A stretch of 64,000 bases of DNA from Alphaproteobacteria bacterium. Its GTDB lineage: Bacteria > Pseudomonadota > Alphaproteobacteria > SP197. The DNA is taken from assembly GCA_964291265.2 (NCBI GenBank), contig OZ219747.1, positions 1,600,001 through 1,664,000 of the forward strand, in the 5' to 3' direction. Below, piece after piece: positions 48,480 to 59,012 of the stretch. Position numbers and translations under genes: made by a program. The notes below the pieces were generated by a model, which worked only from the letters and a program-made list of their open reading frames with translations, did not search any database and had not been told where the DNA came from. Numbering within the stretch: the first letter of the stretch is position 1; every line of letters starts with the position of its first letter.

Positions 48480-49676
48480 ATGGCATTCCCCCTCGAGGGC
48501 GTGCGGGTCCTCTCGATCGAGCAGTACGCCGCCGGTCCATTCGGCACCCTGCCGCTCGCCGATCTCGGGGCCGAGATCGTCCGGATCGAGAATCCGGCGG
48601 ATGGCGGCGACATCGGTCGGCGCGTTCGACTCGCCAGCGAAACCTCCGGCGAGGGCATGAGCCTGTTTCATCAGACCTTCAACAGGAACAAGAAGAGCAT
48701 CACGCTTGATCTCAAGCATCCCCGGGGGCGCGAGATCCTGCACCGCCTCGTGGCCCGTTCGGACGCGGTCTTCAACAATCTCAGGGGCGACCTGCCGGAG
48801 ACTCTCGGTCTCGACTACCGTTCGCTCTCTCCGGCGAAGCGCGACATTGTCTGTGTTCACCTCTCCGCCTACGGCAGGGCGAACGAGCGCGCCGGCTGGC
48901 CGGGCTACGATTATCTCATGCAGGCCGAGTGCGGCTGGCTCTCGGTGACCGGCGACCCCGGTGGCGCGCCGCAGCGCGTGGGGCTCTCCCTCGTGGACCT
49001 CTCCGCCGGTCTCCAGGCTGGCGTTGCCATCCTCGCCGGAATCATCGGCGCCCGGGCATCCGGAAGGGGAGGGGACCTTGACGTCAGCCTCTTCGGGGCT
49101 GCCATCACCAGCCTTGCCTACGTCGCCACCTGGTACCTCTCGGCCGGCGTCCAGACCGGTCGCAGCGCCCGCTCGGCGCACCCCAGTCTCACGCCGAGCC
49201 AGTTGTTCCGCACCGGCGACGGCTGGATCTTCATCATGTGCAACAAGGAGAAGTTCTGGCCAAGGCTGTGCGTCGCAATCGGGGAACCGGGCCTTGCCGA
49301 AAACCCGGACTTTGCCGGATTCGCCGAACGCCTCATTCATCGCGACCGCCTCACCGGGTTGCTCGACCGGGCGCTCGCGCGACGGACCACCAGCGAGTGG
49401 ATGACGGTGTTCTCCGGCAAGGTGCCGGCCGCGCCGGTGCACGACATCAGGGACGCTCTCGACAGCCCCTTTGCGCGCAAGAGCGGCTACATCCTCTCTC
49501 TCGAGACATCCACCGGAGCACCTGTCACGGCCCCCGGTTCCGCCATACGGGTCGCCGGGGCCGGATCCCTGGCGGAACCGGCGCCGGAACTGGCCCGCGA
49601 TCTCGAATCGGTGATGGCCGAGATCGGCATCGACGGGGAAGACCTTGCCGGCTTGCGGGACGCGGGCGTCGTCTGA
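48480..49676 (+). CDS. Family III CoA transferase (CaiB/BaiF)
   Basis: LEGVRVL, AGPFG..LADLGAE, NRNKKSITLDLK, PGYD. Confidence 0.93.
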   Translation: MAFPLEGVRVLSIEQYAAGPFGTLPLADLGAEIVRIENPADGGDIGRRVRLASETSGEGMSLFHQTFNRNKKSITLDLKHPRGREILHRLVARSDAVFNNLRGDLPETLGLDYRSLSPAKRDIVCVHLSAYGRANERAGWPGYDYLMQAECGWLSVTGDPGGAPQRVGLSLVDLSAGLQAGVAILAGIIGARASGRGGDLDVSLFGAAITSLAYVATWYLSAGVQTGRSARSAHPSLTPSQLFRTGDGWIFIMCNKEKFWPRLCVAIGEPGLAENPDFAGFAERLIHRDRLTGLLDRALARRTTSEWMTVFSGKVPAAPVHDIRDALDSPFARKSGYILSLETSTGAPVTAPGSAIRVAGAGSLAEPAPELARDLESVMAEIGIDGEDLAGLRDAGVV

Positions 49677-49844
49677 ACATCGCCGCCTCCTTAACCTGCG
49701 CAGCACCCGAACGGGGCTCATCGGCGAATCGCATCAGAGGTCATCGCGCTGGCCTTGGTCGCCATCCTCCGGGACCCTCTTGCCGGAGTCGCTCCCGTGG
49801 TCTCCGGGGAATGCGGCACGCCAGGCATCGTGGTGATTCGCCCG

Positions 49845-50486
49845 TCACGCGATGAGGTAGGCGTGCTCCACGAGTCGGGTCACGCCGCGCTTGCGCAGGT
49901 TCGAGCGCTCGATGATGTCTTCCTCCCCGACGTGCCGTACCCGGCGCCGTTCACCGAAGAGCACGCGGATTTCCTGTTCGGTGACCGGGAATGGGGGCCC
50001 CTCAGTCTCGTGTTCGGGATACTCCATGGAGATCAGGAGAATCGGAGCGTCGAGAAGTTCGGTGAGGCGCCGGGCGTAGCATTGGCGCACGGAGGGCGGC
50101 AGGGCGACCAGGGCCGCCCGGTCGTAGACGCCTGCAACGCCTTCGAGATCGCCGGCATCGAGCTCGAAGAAATCTCCCGCGAACAGGCGGAACCCGGGAC
50201 TCTCGATGAGAGAGTACCGGGCGTGCCTTGTCTCGGTGAAGGCAAGACCGCGGGCGTCCAGAAACTCGCGTCCCGCAAAGGGACTGAGGTCGATGCCGAG
50301 CACCTCGAACCCCTGTTCATGGAGCCACCACATGTCTTCGGCCTTCCCGCACAACGGCACGAAGACTCGGTCCCCGGGCTGCAGATCGAGCCAATCCAGG
50401 TGGCGCCTGAGCGCCGCGTTGGGGACACCCTCGTTCCAGGGGGTGTTGCCCTCGCGCCAGCGCTGCAACCAGAATTCCGCTTCCAC
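49845..50486 (-). CDS. tpm: Thiopurine S-methyltransferase
   Basis: FWLQRW, VFVPLCGK, GDFF, YDRAALVALP, GPPF; GTG start after AGGAGG. Confidence 0.9.
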   Translation of the reverse strand: MEAEFWLQRWREGNTPWNEGVPNAALRRHLDWLDLQPGDRVFVPLCGKAEDMWWLHEQGFEVLGIDLSPFAGREFLDARGLAFTETRHARYSLIESPGFRLFAGDFFELDAGDLEGVAGVYDRAALVALPPSVRQCYARRLTELLDAPILLISMEYPEHETEGPPFPVTEQEIRVLFGERRRVRHVGEEDIIERSNLRKRGVTRLVEHAYLIA

Positions 50487-50813
50487 GCATCCCTCCTGCA
50501 TCAACGCCTGCCAGTCGACGTTCCCGGCGTCTTCTCCTGGATTCGGGTTCCCGCCTGAGTCACTCCTGAACCTTCACCTGAAGACATCTTCGACATGCCG
50601 CTTCCGCAACCGTCGGCGCGCAGACGATACCATGCGTCCCTCCGTCGGTCTTGCCGGACCGCCGGCAAGCAGTTTCGCCATGGTCGGGCCGGCGATCCGA
50701 TATCAACCTGCCCGTGCCCGTTGTCATGATGACGTGTCGAATTGAGCCGATTAGACTGGATCCTTAGCATTGCTTCCCTGCCACTGTTGGTGTCGGAAGA
50801 GACACGGAGCGAC

Positions 50814-51224
50814 ATGCCGCCAAGGCTCTGCATGTTCCTGTTCGTCGTTGCACTGGGCGTGGCCGGCTACCTGGTTGTCAGCGGCGGCGGCACGAATGAA
50901 GGGCGGCCCAGCGCTTCGGTGGATGTGCCTGCAGCGTTCTCGGTGCAAGCACAGCTTGGGCAGAAGGTCTACGATGCCAACTGTGCCTCCTGTCATGGCA
51001 GGAATGCTGCCGGACAGGACGGAGTCGCACCGCCGCTCGTCCATGTCATCTATGAACCTGGCCATCATGGTGACGAGTCATTCCAGCGGGCGATTGCACG
51101 GGGTGTGCGGGCCCATCACTGGCCTTTCGGAGACATGCCGCCTGTCGACGGGCTGACCCGCGACGATGTGGCGGATGTCGTTGCCTACATCCGGGAACTC
51201 CAGCGGACCAACGGCATCCGGTGA
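50814..51224 (+). CDS. Monoheme c-type cytochrome
   Basis: Signal/anchor segment, CASCHG, IYEPGHH, HHWPFGDMP. Confidence 0.88.
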   Translation: MPPRLCMFLFVVALGVAGYLVVSGGGTNEGRPSASVDVPAAFSVQAQLGQKVYDANCASCHGRNAAGQDGVAPPLVHVIYEPGHHGDESFQRAIARGVRAHHWPFGDMPPVDGLTRDDVADVVAYIRELQRTNGIR

Positions 51225-51960
51225 GGGAATGACGACGACGATGATGGCAGGAAGGCGCGCAACGGCCGTGACCTGCACGCTTCATTTCAAGCGTCCCGGG
51301 GAACATGCCATCCGGCATCGTCCTCATGATCCCCCTGGGAACTCGGCCTTCAACAGTCTTCGAGGCGATCTGCCGCGGAGACCCGGTCCCGGCCAGCGTT
51401 CGCCCGGTCGTGCGCTTTCGCGCGTGTCCACATCTTCAGACGTCCTGACCTCGTGAGCTGACTTGATCAGTCCGTCCCCACTTTATCCCAGCACAATGAA
51501 CGGTTTGCCCGGTGTTGTGCTTGACAACAGAGTTGCGTTGCGGTCCACTGTAACATGATGCCTGTCATGGGATGATTCCGGCCCTGGACACGCTCGCGAT
51601 GCACCCCGCCTGAAGCCGTCCTGATCAGAGTCGCGTGCTTCTCCCTTGCCGACGGAGCGATCGTCTCCTTCTCGAACTTGGAGCCCTGTGACTGCCAGAC
51701 AACGCACGCAAACTCCGCCCAGAAGCATCACTCTGATTGGAAACATCGAAGCCGAGGTCAGGACGTCTGATCGTGGCCTGAAGCCGGGCCCACGAGAGGC
51801 GCAATCCGGACCTGGTTGCCGAACTGTCTCGCTGGACCTGCACCGCCCTGCTGGTCAACGAGGACGTTGGTGTCACGGAATTTTCGGTCAATCTCGAAAT
51901 ATGTTAGTAGTAACCGGGGTACAACCCGTCGTGGGAGCATTCACACAGGGAGAGAAGACC

Positions 51961-53502
51961 ATGAACTTCAAGAACTGGTTGCGCTCGGCGATTGCCTTGG
52001 GAGCATTCGCCACAATTGTGGGCACGGCTTTCGCGTCCGGGACCTTGCGCTATGCGACCGTCGGCGAGCCACCAAGTCTGGACCAGCAGGTTGTGACGTC
52101 CGATCTGTCGACGACGATTGCCCATCACATCTTCGAGGGGCTCTACACCTTCGATGCCTCGAATTCCCCGGTTGGCCTGCTCGCCAACGGCGAGACAGTC
52201 TCGGATGACGGGAAGACGATCACGATCACGCTCCGGGAAGGCGTGAAGTTCCACAATGGGCAGGACATGACATCGGCAGATGTCGTCGCATCGCTGAACC
52301 GATGGGGAGAATTCGGATCACGCGGAGGGCTGCTGTTCGAGAATGTCGACAGCGTGACGGCGGCGGGAGATCACGAGGTCACGATCAGGCTTGCCCAGCC
52401 CTTCGGTCCCTGGAAGAACCTGCTGGCCTTCATCAACGGCGGGCCGGCGATCTACCCGGCATCCGTGGCGGAAGGGGCCGGCAAGGAACCCATCGCGCCG
52501 GGGAGCTACATCGGTACGGGGCCCTACAGGTTTGGCGAGTGGGAGCCGAACCGCCATGTGGAGCTGATCAGGTTCGAGGGCTATGTCTCGCCCGCCGGCG
52601 AACCGGACGGCTACGGCGGGGCGCGCGTCGCCGAGTTCGACACGCTTCAATTCATCCCCGTGCCCGATGTCGGGACACGCGTGGCGGGCATCAAGGCCGG
52701 CGATTATGACTACGCCGAGAGCATTCCGGGCGATCTCTATGCGGACCTCGAGGCTGATCCCTCGGTCGTCACGATACTGAATGGCGGACCGATCTTCGGC
52801 CTGGTGTTCACGAATTCGAGCGACGGCCCGCTTCGGGAGAACTTCGGCCTGCGGCGCGCGATTCAGGCAGCGCTGGACAAGGTGCCCGCGCTGCACGTGG
52901 CCATCGGCCCGGAGGGACTTTGGCGTGCGAACGGCTCGTTCCTGCCCGAGGGCAACGTATGGTTCACGGATGCCGGCGCCGAGCACTTCAGCATGGGTGA
53001 CGCGAACGCCGCTCGCGTCATGGCCGAGGAGGCCGGGTACACTGGCGAACCGATCAAGTTCATGGTTTCGACAAACTACCCGTTCCATTACGACACCGCG
53101 ATCGTCTACACGAGGCAGCTGGCACAGGCCGGATTCAACATCGACCTTCAGGTCTATGACTGGGCTACTCTGATCGAAAAGCGGGCTCAACCGGACCAGT
53201 GGGACCTGTTCTTCACCCATCATGGCTTCGTGCCCGACCCGATCCTGATTTCGGTGATGAACGACAACTATCCCGGTTGGTGGAAAACCGAGGAGAAGAA
53301 CGCTCTGAAGGCCAGGTTCACCGGGAGTTCAGACCCCGCCGAGCGTCAGGCGATCTGGGCCGAGATTCAGGCGTTGATCTACCAGCAGGTACCGACGATG
53401 AAGACGGGCGATGTCTACACCTACAACATCGCGTCGCCCGACCTGGAGGGCCTCGGTGAGGCCACACTGATCTGGCCGCACTTCTGGAACGTTTCGAAGT
53501 AG
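51961..53502 (+). CDS. ABC transporter substrate-binding protein, family 5
   Basis: Signal peptide, LREGVKFHNG, IGTGPY. Confidence 0.93.
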   Translation: MNFKNWLRSAIALGAFATIVGTAFASGTLRYATVGEPPSLDQQVVTSDLSTTIAHHIFEGLYTFDASNSPVGLLANGETVSDDGKTITITLREGVKFHNGQDMTSADVVASLNRWGEFGSRGGLLFENVDSVTAAGDHEVTIRLAQPFGPWKNLLAFINGGPAIYPASVAEGAGKEPIAPGSYIGTGPYRFGEWEPNRHVELIRFEGYVSPAGEPDGYGGARVAEFDTLQFIPVPDVGTRVAGIKAGDYDYAESIPGDLYADLEADPSVVTILNGGPIFGLVFTNSSDGPLRENFGLRRAIQAALDKVPALHVAIGPEGLWRANGSFLPEGNVWFTDAGAEHFSMGDANAARVMAEEAGYTGEPIKFMVSTNYPFHYDTAIVYTRQLAQAGFNIDLQVYDWATLIEKRAQPDQWDLFFTHHGFVPDPILISVMNDNYPGWWKTEEKNALKARFTGSSDPAERQAIWAEIQALIYQQVPTMKTGDVYTYNIASPDLEGLGEATLIWPHFWNVSK

Positions 53503-53513
53503 GGAACAGTCCC

Positions 53514-53548
53514 CCGGCCTCCCCGCCGTTCGGAGGCGGGGAGGCCGG
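53514..53548 (+). promoter_or_regulatory. Strong intergenic hairpin after the SBP gene (mRNA stabiliser or partial terminator)
   Basis: 14-bp perfect stem CCGGCCTCCCCGCC / GGCGGGGAGGCCGG. Confidence 0.6.
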
Positions 53549-53572
53549 ATCGCGTCCTCATCAGGTCGTTTC

Positions 53573-54520
53573 ATGTTGCATTACGCTCTGAACAGGATTC
53601 TGACGCTTGTGCCCACCCTTGTGGCCGCGTCGTTCCTGGTCTTCATGTTCATCCACCTGATCCCCGGCGATCCGGCCTCGATTCTGCTTGGTGATACGGC
53701 AACGCCGGAGGAAATCGAGGCGCTCTCTCGCGAGCTTGGCCTCGATGAGCCGCTCTGGACGCAGTATGTCCTGTGGCTGGGCAACGTTCTGCAGGGTGAT
53801 CTCGGGACATCGGTGTTCTTTCGTGAACCGGTTCTGTCGGTCATCGCCGACGGTGCCGAGACCTCGATTCTCCTGGCGACGATGACCATGTTCTGGATTG
53901 TCGTGTTCGGTGTTCCGATCGGCATCACGTCCGCAATGCGTCACGGTTCATGGGTCGATCAGGCGACCTCCGGCGGCGCCATGCTGTTCGCCTCGGTGCC
54001 AACGTTCTGGCTGGGACTCTACCTGATCCTGATCTTCTCGGTCGGGCTGGGCTGGTTTCCCTCTTCGGGATTTCCGTCGCTTGCCGATGAGGGCGGCGCA
54101 TCGAACCTGCGCTACCTGGTTCTGCCCAGCCTCACCCTCGCCGCACCCAACGCGGCGCTCATCATCCGCCTGATCCGCGCTTCCATGCTCGATGTCTCGC
54201 GGGAAGATCACGTGCGCACGGCCCGAGCCAAGGGTCTTCACCCGGTTCGTGTGGCTGTCAGGCATGTCTTCCGGAACGCGCTCATTGCCGTTTCCGCCGC
54301 GTTCGGCTTCACCTTCGCGGCACTGGTCAGCGAGGCGGTGGTGACGGAAACCGTCTTCTCCCTGCCCGGCATCGGCAGGCTTGTCGTGCAGTCCATCCTG
54401 CGTCGAGACTATCCAGTGATCCAGGGCGTCATTCTGATCATCGTGGTCTTCTACATGGCCGTCAATCTCCTGGTGGACCTTGCCTATGCCAGGCTCGATC
54501 CAAGGGTGTCGCTGAGATGA
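53573..54520 (+). CDS. ABC permease (DppB-like)
   Basis: IPGDPA, GLDEP, RTARAKG, ETVFSLPGIG, RDYP. Confidence 0.94.
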   Translation: MLHYALNRILTLVPTLVAASFLVFMFIHLIPGDPASILLGDTATPEEIEALSRELGLDEPLWTQYVLWLGNVLQGDLGTSVFFREPVLSVIADGAETSILLATMTMFWIVVFGVPIGITSAMRHGSWVDQATSGGAMLFASVPTFWLGLYLILIFSVGLGWFPSSGFPSLADEGGASNLRYLVLPSLTLAAPNAALIIRLIRASMLDVSREDHVRTARAKGLHPVRVAVRHVFRNALIAVSAAFGFTFAALVSEAVVTETVFSLPGIGRLVVQSILRRDYPVIQGVILIIVVFYMAVNLLVDLAYARLDPRVSLR

Positions 54521-55368
54521 GTGTGCCGCTTTCGATCGCGCTTGTCTTTCGCGGCCGCGCACTGGCAACGATCGGAGCATGCTGGCTTCTGGTCGTCGGC
54601 ATTGCGGCCATCGGCGCGCCGCTCCTGGCGCCGTTCGACCCACTGGAATTCGACCCGTTCGTCCGCCTTTCCGATCCCGGGTGGCCCCATGTCTTCGGTA
54701 CCGATCACTTTGGACGGGACTCGCTTTCCCGTGCGATCTACGGCGCACGCATGGCGATCCTGATTGGCTCGGGCAGCGTGCTGATCGCCTTGTTCGTCGG
54801 TGGCCTTGCCGGCATGCTTTCCGCTTACTTTGTCCGCTTGGGTCACGTGCTGATGCGGATCGTGGACGTGCTGATGGCGTTTCCCGCGCTGCTCCTGGCG
54901 CTGGTTCTGATGACGCTCCTGGAGCGCAGCGTGCTGAACACGGTCATCGTGATCGGCATCGTCTACGCCACGACCACAGCCAGGATCGTGTTCGGCATGA
55001 CCTTGAAACTGAAGCGCGATGTCTTCGTCGATGCCGCGATCTGTTCCGGCGCAGGGCACGCCTCGATCCTGTTTCGGCACATCTTGCCGAATCTCGTGTC
55101 GCCGATGCTGGTGCAGGCAAGCTTCATCTTTGCGTTCGCGCAATTGCAGGCAGCGGCGCTTGACTTCCTGGGGCTGGGCCTTCCGCCGGAAGTTCCGAGC
55201 TGGGGAAACATGTTGAGCGAGGAGAGAATCTACGTGACCAGGGCACCGTGGCTGCTGATCTTCCCCGGAGCGCTGATCATTCTTTCGGTCTTTTCCATGA
55301 ACCTTGTCGGAGACGCGTTGCGTGACAGCATCGATCCCCGGTTCAAGGACGATATTGCAGGGGTCTGA
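54517..55368 (+). CDS. ABC permease (DppC-like)
   Basis: FGTDHFGRD, HILPN, FLGLG..P..PSWG. Confidence 0.94.
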   Translation: MSVPLSIALVFRGRALATIGACWLLVVGIAAIGAPLLAPFDPLEFDPFVRLSDPGWPHVFGTDHFGRDSLSRAIYGARMAILIGSGSVLIALFVGGLAGMLSAYFVRLGHVLMRIVDVLMAFPALLLALVLMTLLERSVLNTVIVIGIVYATTTARIVFGMTLKLKRDVFVDAAICSGAGHASILFRHILPNLVSPMLVQASFIFAFAQLQAAALDFLGLGLPPEVPSWGNMLSEERIYVTRAPWLLIFPGALIILSVFSMNLVGDALRDSIDPRFKDDIAGV

Positions 55369-55371
55369 CCC

Positions 55372-56346
55372 CTGGCTCTGCTCGACATAAGGAACCTGGA
55401 CCTGCGCATCGTGCGCGGCCGCGAACTCCTGCCCGTGGTTCAAGGGGTGTCACTGGCTGTCGAGGACAATGAAACGCTGGGAATCGTCGGCGAGAGCGGG
55501 TGCGGCAAGAGTCTGACCGCACTGGCGATCATGGGTTTGCTCGAAGGCTCGGCGGTGCGGATTGCCGGAGGGTCAGTGCACTTCCAGGGCCGGGACCTCC
55601 TAGCGCTTTCACGCGATGAGCGCCGGCGCGTGATGGGAGACCAGATGGCCATGATATTTCAGGAACCTATGACAAGCCTGAATCCTGTCTACCGGGTCGG
55701 CGACCAGATCAGGGAAGCCATCCTGCAGCATCGTCGCATGTCCAGAAGGCAGGCACATGACCGTGCGCTTGACCTGCTGGAACTCGTGCGCATTCCCGAT
55801 CCGATGCGCCGGATCGACAGTTTTCCGCACCAGATGTCCGGCGGACAAAGACAGAGGGTCATGATCGCCATGGCGCTTGCCTGCGATCCGAAGCTCCTGA
55901 TTGCCGATGAGCCGACGACGGCCCTTGACGTCACCGTACAGAAGGAGGTGCTGGAACTCCTGTGCGGCCTGCAGGCGCGAACCGGCATGTCCATCATCCT
56001 GATCTCGCACGATCTGGGGGTGATTTCCGAGATCTGCGACAAGGTCGCCGTCATGTATCGAGGCAGGATTGTCGAGCAGGCATCGACTTCGACGCTCTTT
56101 TCGAACATGAGCCACCCGTACACCCTGGGGCTGTTCGGCTCGATTCCGGCGGTCGATCACGACATCGAATGGCTTGACGCGATTCCCGGCCGGGTGCCGA
56201 CCCTGGATGAAGCGGTGCCGGGCTGCGCGTTTCACCCGCGCTGCTTCGCGGCCAGGGGGTCCTGCAGGAGCGCGGACCCGAGCGCCTCAGCCGTGTCACC
56301 GGGCCACTTCGTGCGGTGCCACTTTCCGCAAGGATCGTCGTCATGA
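55372..56346 (+). CDS. ABC ATPase (DppD-like); start CTG 55372 or GTG 55411
   Basis: [32 protein letters not shown], Cys-rich C-terminus. Confidence 0.92.
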   Translation: MALLDIRNLDLRIVRGRELLPVVQGVSLAVEDNETLGIVGESGCGKSLTALAIMGLLEGSAVRIAGGSVHFQGRDLLALSRDERRRVMGDQMAMIFQEPMTSLNPVYRVGDQIREAILQHRRMSRRQAHDRALDLLELVRIPDPMRRIDSFPHQMSGGQRQRVMIAMALACDPKLLIADEPTTALDVTVQKEVLELLCGLQARTGMSIILISHDLGVISEICDKVAVMYRGRIVEQASTSTLFSNMSHPYTLGLFGSIPAVDHDIEWLDAIPGRVPTLDEAVPGCAFHPRCFAARGSCRSADPSASAVSPGHFVRCHFPQGSSS

Positions 56347-57149
56347 CCCGCCCCTTGCTGGAAGTGTGCGAACTCAGGACCCACTTCAGCATCGGCAGAG
56401 GCGGGTTCAGGCGAAGGAAGTCAGTCCTCAGGGCCGTCGATGGCGTTTCGTTCAGCATCCAGGAAGGAGAAGTACTCAGTCTCGTTGGCGAGAGCGGTTG
56501 CGGCAAGACCACGGTCGGACGGACCCTGACCCATCTGGAAACGGCCACGGCCGGAACTGCATTGTTCGACGGGCAGGACATCCTGAACCTGTCGTCTGCC
56601 GAGTTCCGGCCGCTGCGGCGCGACATCCAGATGATCTTCCAGGACCCGTTTGCCTCGCTCAATCCACGTCTCAGCATCGAGCAGATGCTGGCCGAGCCGC
56701 TCTTCATTCACGGACTTGTGAGCGACCGCTCGCAGGCACGCGAGAGGATTGCTGCGACACTTGAACTCGTGGGCATGGATGCAGGATCGATGCGTTGCCA
56801 TCCGCACGAGTTTTCCGGCGGCCAGCGGCAGCGCATCGGCATCGCCAGGGTGATGATCCTGACACCGCGTCTCGTCATTGCAGACGAGCCGGTGTCGGCC
56901 CTTGATGTCTCCATCCAGGCCCAGGTTCTGAACCTGCTCAAGAGGCTTCAGCGCGACAGCGGCGTATCGATGTTGTTCATCAGTCACGATCTCGGTGCAG
57001 TCCGCCACATAAGCGACCGGGTTGCGGTCATGTACAGGGGGAAGCTGGTGGAGACCGGAAGCAAGCGACAAGTCTTCGAGACTCCGCGGCACGCCTATAC
57101 GCGAAGGCTGCTGGCCTCGATTCCGCGTCTCGGAAAGAGGCTCGCATGA
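56343..57149 (+). CDS. ABC ATPase (DppF-like)
   Basis: GESGCGKT, FQDPFASLNP, FSGGQRQR, DEPVSALD. Confidence 0.93.
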   Translation: MTRPLLEVCELRTHFSIGRGGFRRRKSVLRAVDGVSFSIQEGEVLSLVGESGCGKTTVGRTLTHLETATAGTALFDGQDILNLSSAEFRPLRRDIQMIFQDPFASLNPRLSIEQMLAEPLFIHGLVSDRSQARERIAATLELVGMDAGSMRCHPHEFSGGQRQRIGIARVMILTPRLVIADEPVSALDVSIQAQVLNLLKRLQRDSGVSMLFISHDLGAVRHISDRVAVMYRGKLVETGSKRQVFETPRHAYTRRLLASIPRLGKRLA

Positions 57150-57279
57150 TGGCCCCGAAACATGCCTTCCCGGGATCAACTGCAACGGAAACCGGCACGT
57201 CTTCGCCGCTGCGGACAAGGCTTGCGTGATTCTCTGCATCCACGGGCTTTTCTACCGGACATCGTCAGTTCCTTGTTCA

Positions 57280-57790
57280 TGAGACTGTGCATCGTGGACC
57301 ATCAGGATCGACTCCGGACGTCTGGCGTCGTCGTCTGCCGAGGGCAAGCACGTGGCAAGTCCCGGGTACGGGGATCGTGCGAGCGCGGGGCCGGCGCAAC
57401 GCGAAGGGCGGCCTTGCCTCGGCGTGCGCGGGCCTGCCTGATCCTGCTTCGTCTCCAGACATCGTTCTTCCTCTACCGAAGGCCTCGTCTTCTCGGCGCC
57501 GGCATCCTCGAGCAGGACTATCCCTCGCATGTTCCCGGGAGGATATCGCAGAGGTCACCGTGGAGCCGGTCGGTGACGGCGAGGACGAGCGCCTGGACCG
57601 GTTGATGGTGGCGGCCTGGCATCCCGAGGGCGAGCCGCCGGATCAACTCGTCGCGCCACGGCCGCCTCGGCGGCCCGGTGTTCGGTGCGACCGGTTGGCA
57701 CCGTATGAGCACGCGACGGCTTCATCGGCTGGTCCCGGGGAGCCCTCTTGAGGTCCATCTCGGCAAGCTCGTTGAGCGCATGCCCTCACC
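57280..57790 (+). pseudogene. Heavily degraded DUF4338-type (IS-associated) fragment
   Basis: Pieces in different frames: RRNAKG, VTVEPV...RLMVAAWHPEG, FGATGWH, ARDGFIGWS. Confidence 0.45.
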
Positions 57791-58022
57791 GACCCGGCGC
57801 GCGGCGGGCCGGGCGAAGGCTGCGAGGCTCTCCACGACACAGGTCATGGCGCTCCTCCGCGGACTTGCGCCAGACATGCAACGGCTGGCTGAAGGTGGAG
57901 GTGTTGTTGGCTGGGCGCGTCGCCGCGGCACGGCATGATGTCCTCGAAGGTCTGCAAACCGGTCGGCATGGACGAGAACATGTCGGTCCCGGTCACGAGG
58001 CAGGCGATGGGGGCTGTCAGGT

Positions 58023-59012
58023 CTATCCCCTCACGGGGTCGCGGTTCGGGGCGGCGGCGCCATAGAGATAGCATTCCGTCCTGTGGCCGCCGTCCGAGAC
58101 CGGCCGGGGTGGCTCGGACCGGCAGATCGACATGCACTCCGGGCAGCGGGGGTGAAACGTGCAGCCGGGCGGCGGCTCGATCGGGTTCGGGAACACGGCG
58201 CCCAGATGCGTATCGGGCACGCCGAGGCGCGGATCGGGCGTCAGCACCGAGTCGAGAAGGGCGCGGGTATAGGGATGGCGCGGGTCGTCAAACAGCGTGT
58301 CCGAGTCGGCCTCCTCGACGATCCGGCCCAGATACATCACCGCCACCCGGTCCGCCATGTGTTGGACCACGGCCAGGTTGTGGCTGATGAGCAGGTAGGT
58401 CAGCCCGAACTCCTCTTTGAGATCCTGCAGCAGGTTGAGGATCTGGCTCTGCACCGAGACATCGAGCGCCGAGGTCGGCTCGTCGCAGATCACCACGTCC
58501 GGCCGCATGATGAGCGCGCGGGCGATCGCCACCCTCTGGCGCTGACCGCCGGAAAGCTGGCTGGGGTAGCTCGATGCCACACGGCGCGGCAGACCCACGA
58601 CATCGAGCATGTCAGCGACCCTGTCGGACCACTCGGAAGGCTCCCCGACACCGTGGATCCTGAGCGGTTGAGACACGATGAACCCGATGGTCTTGGTTGG
58701 GTTGAGCGACGAATAGGGGTCCTGGAAGATCGGCTGTATCCGGCGCGCGATCTGGCGGCGGGAGAAACTGGACGCGCTGTCGCCGGAATAGAGCACATCC
58801 CCTGAACTCGGTCGCTGCAGGCCGAGCAGGATGTTCGCCATCGTACTCTTGCCGCAGCCGGATTCGCCTACCAGCCCGACGACCTTGCCCCCGGGTATGC
58901 TCAGCGACACGCCGTTGACCGCGCGGAGCGGCTTCGAGCCGCGAAACAAGCCCTGGCTGACCTGAAAGACGCAGCTGACATCCACGGTTTCGAGCACAGG
59001 GGCTTCGCTCAT
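58023..59012 (-). CDS. ABC ATPase (DppF-like)
   Basis: [26 protein letters not shown]. Confidence 0.94.
   Translation of the reverse strand: MSEAPVLETVDVSCVFQVSQGLFRGSKPLRAVNGVSLSIPGGKVVGLVGESGCGKSTMANILLGLQRPSSGDVLYSGDSASSFSRRQIARRIQPIFQDPYSSLNPTKTIGFIVSQPLRIHGVGEPSEWSDRVADMLDVVGLPRRVASSYPSQLSGGQRQRVAIARALIMRPDVVICDEPTSALDVSVQSQILNLLQDLKEEFGLTYLLISHNLAVVQHMADRVAVMYLGRIVEEADSDTLFDDPRHPYTRALLDSVLTPDPRLGVPDTHLGAVFPNPIEPPPGCTFHPRCPECMSICRSEPPRPVSDGGHRTECYLYGAAAPNRDPVRG

Noticed and set aside
51225-51960. Riboswitch or sRNA in the long intergenic region; TTGACA at 51522
   Set aside because: No recognisable riboswitch consensus and no properly spaced -10 element.
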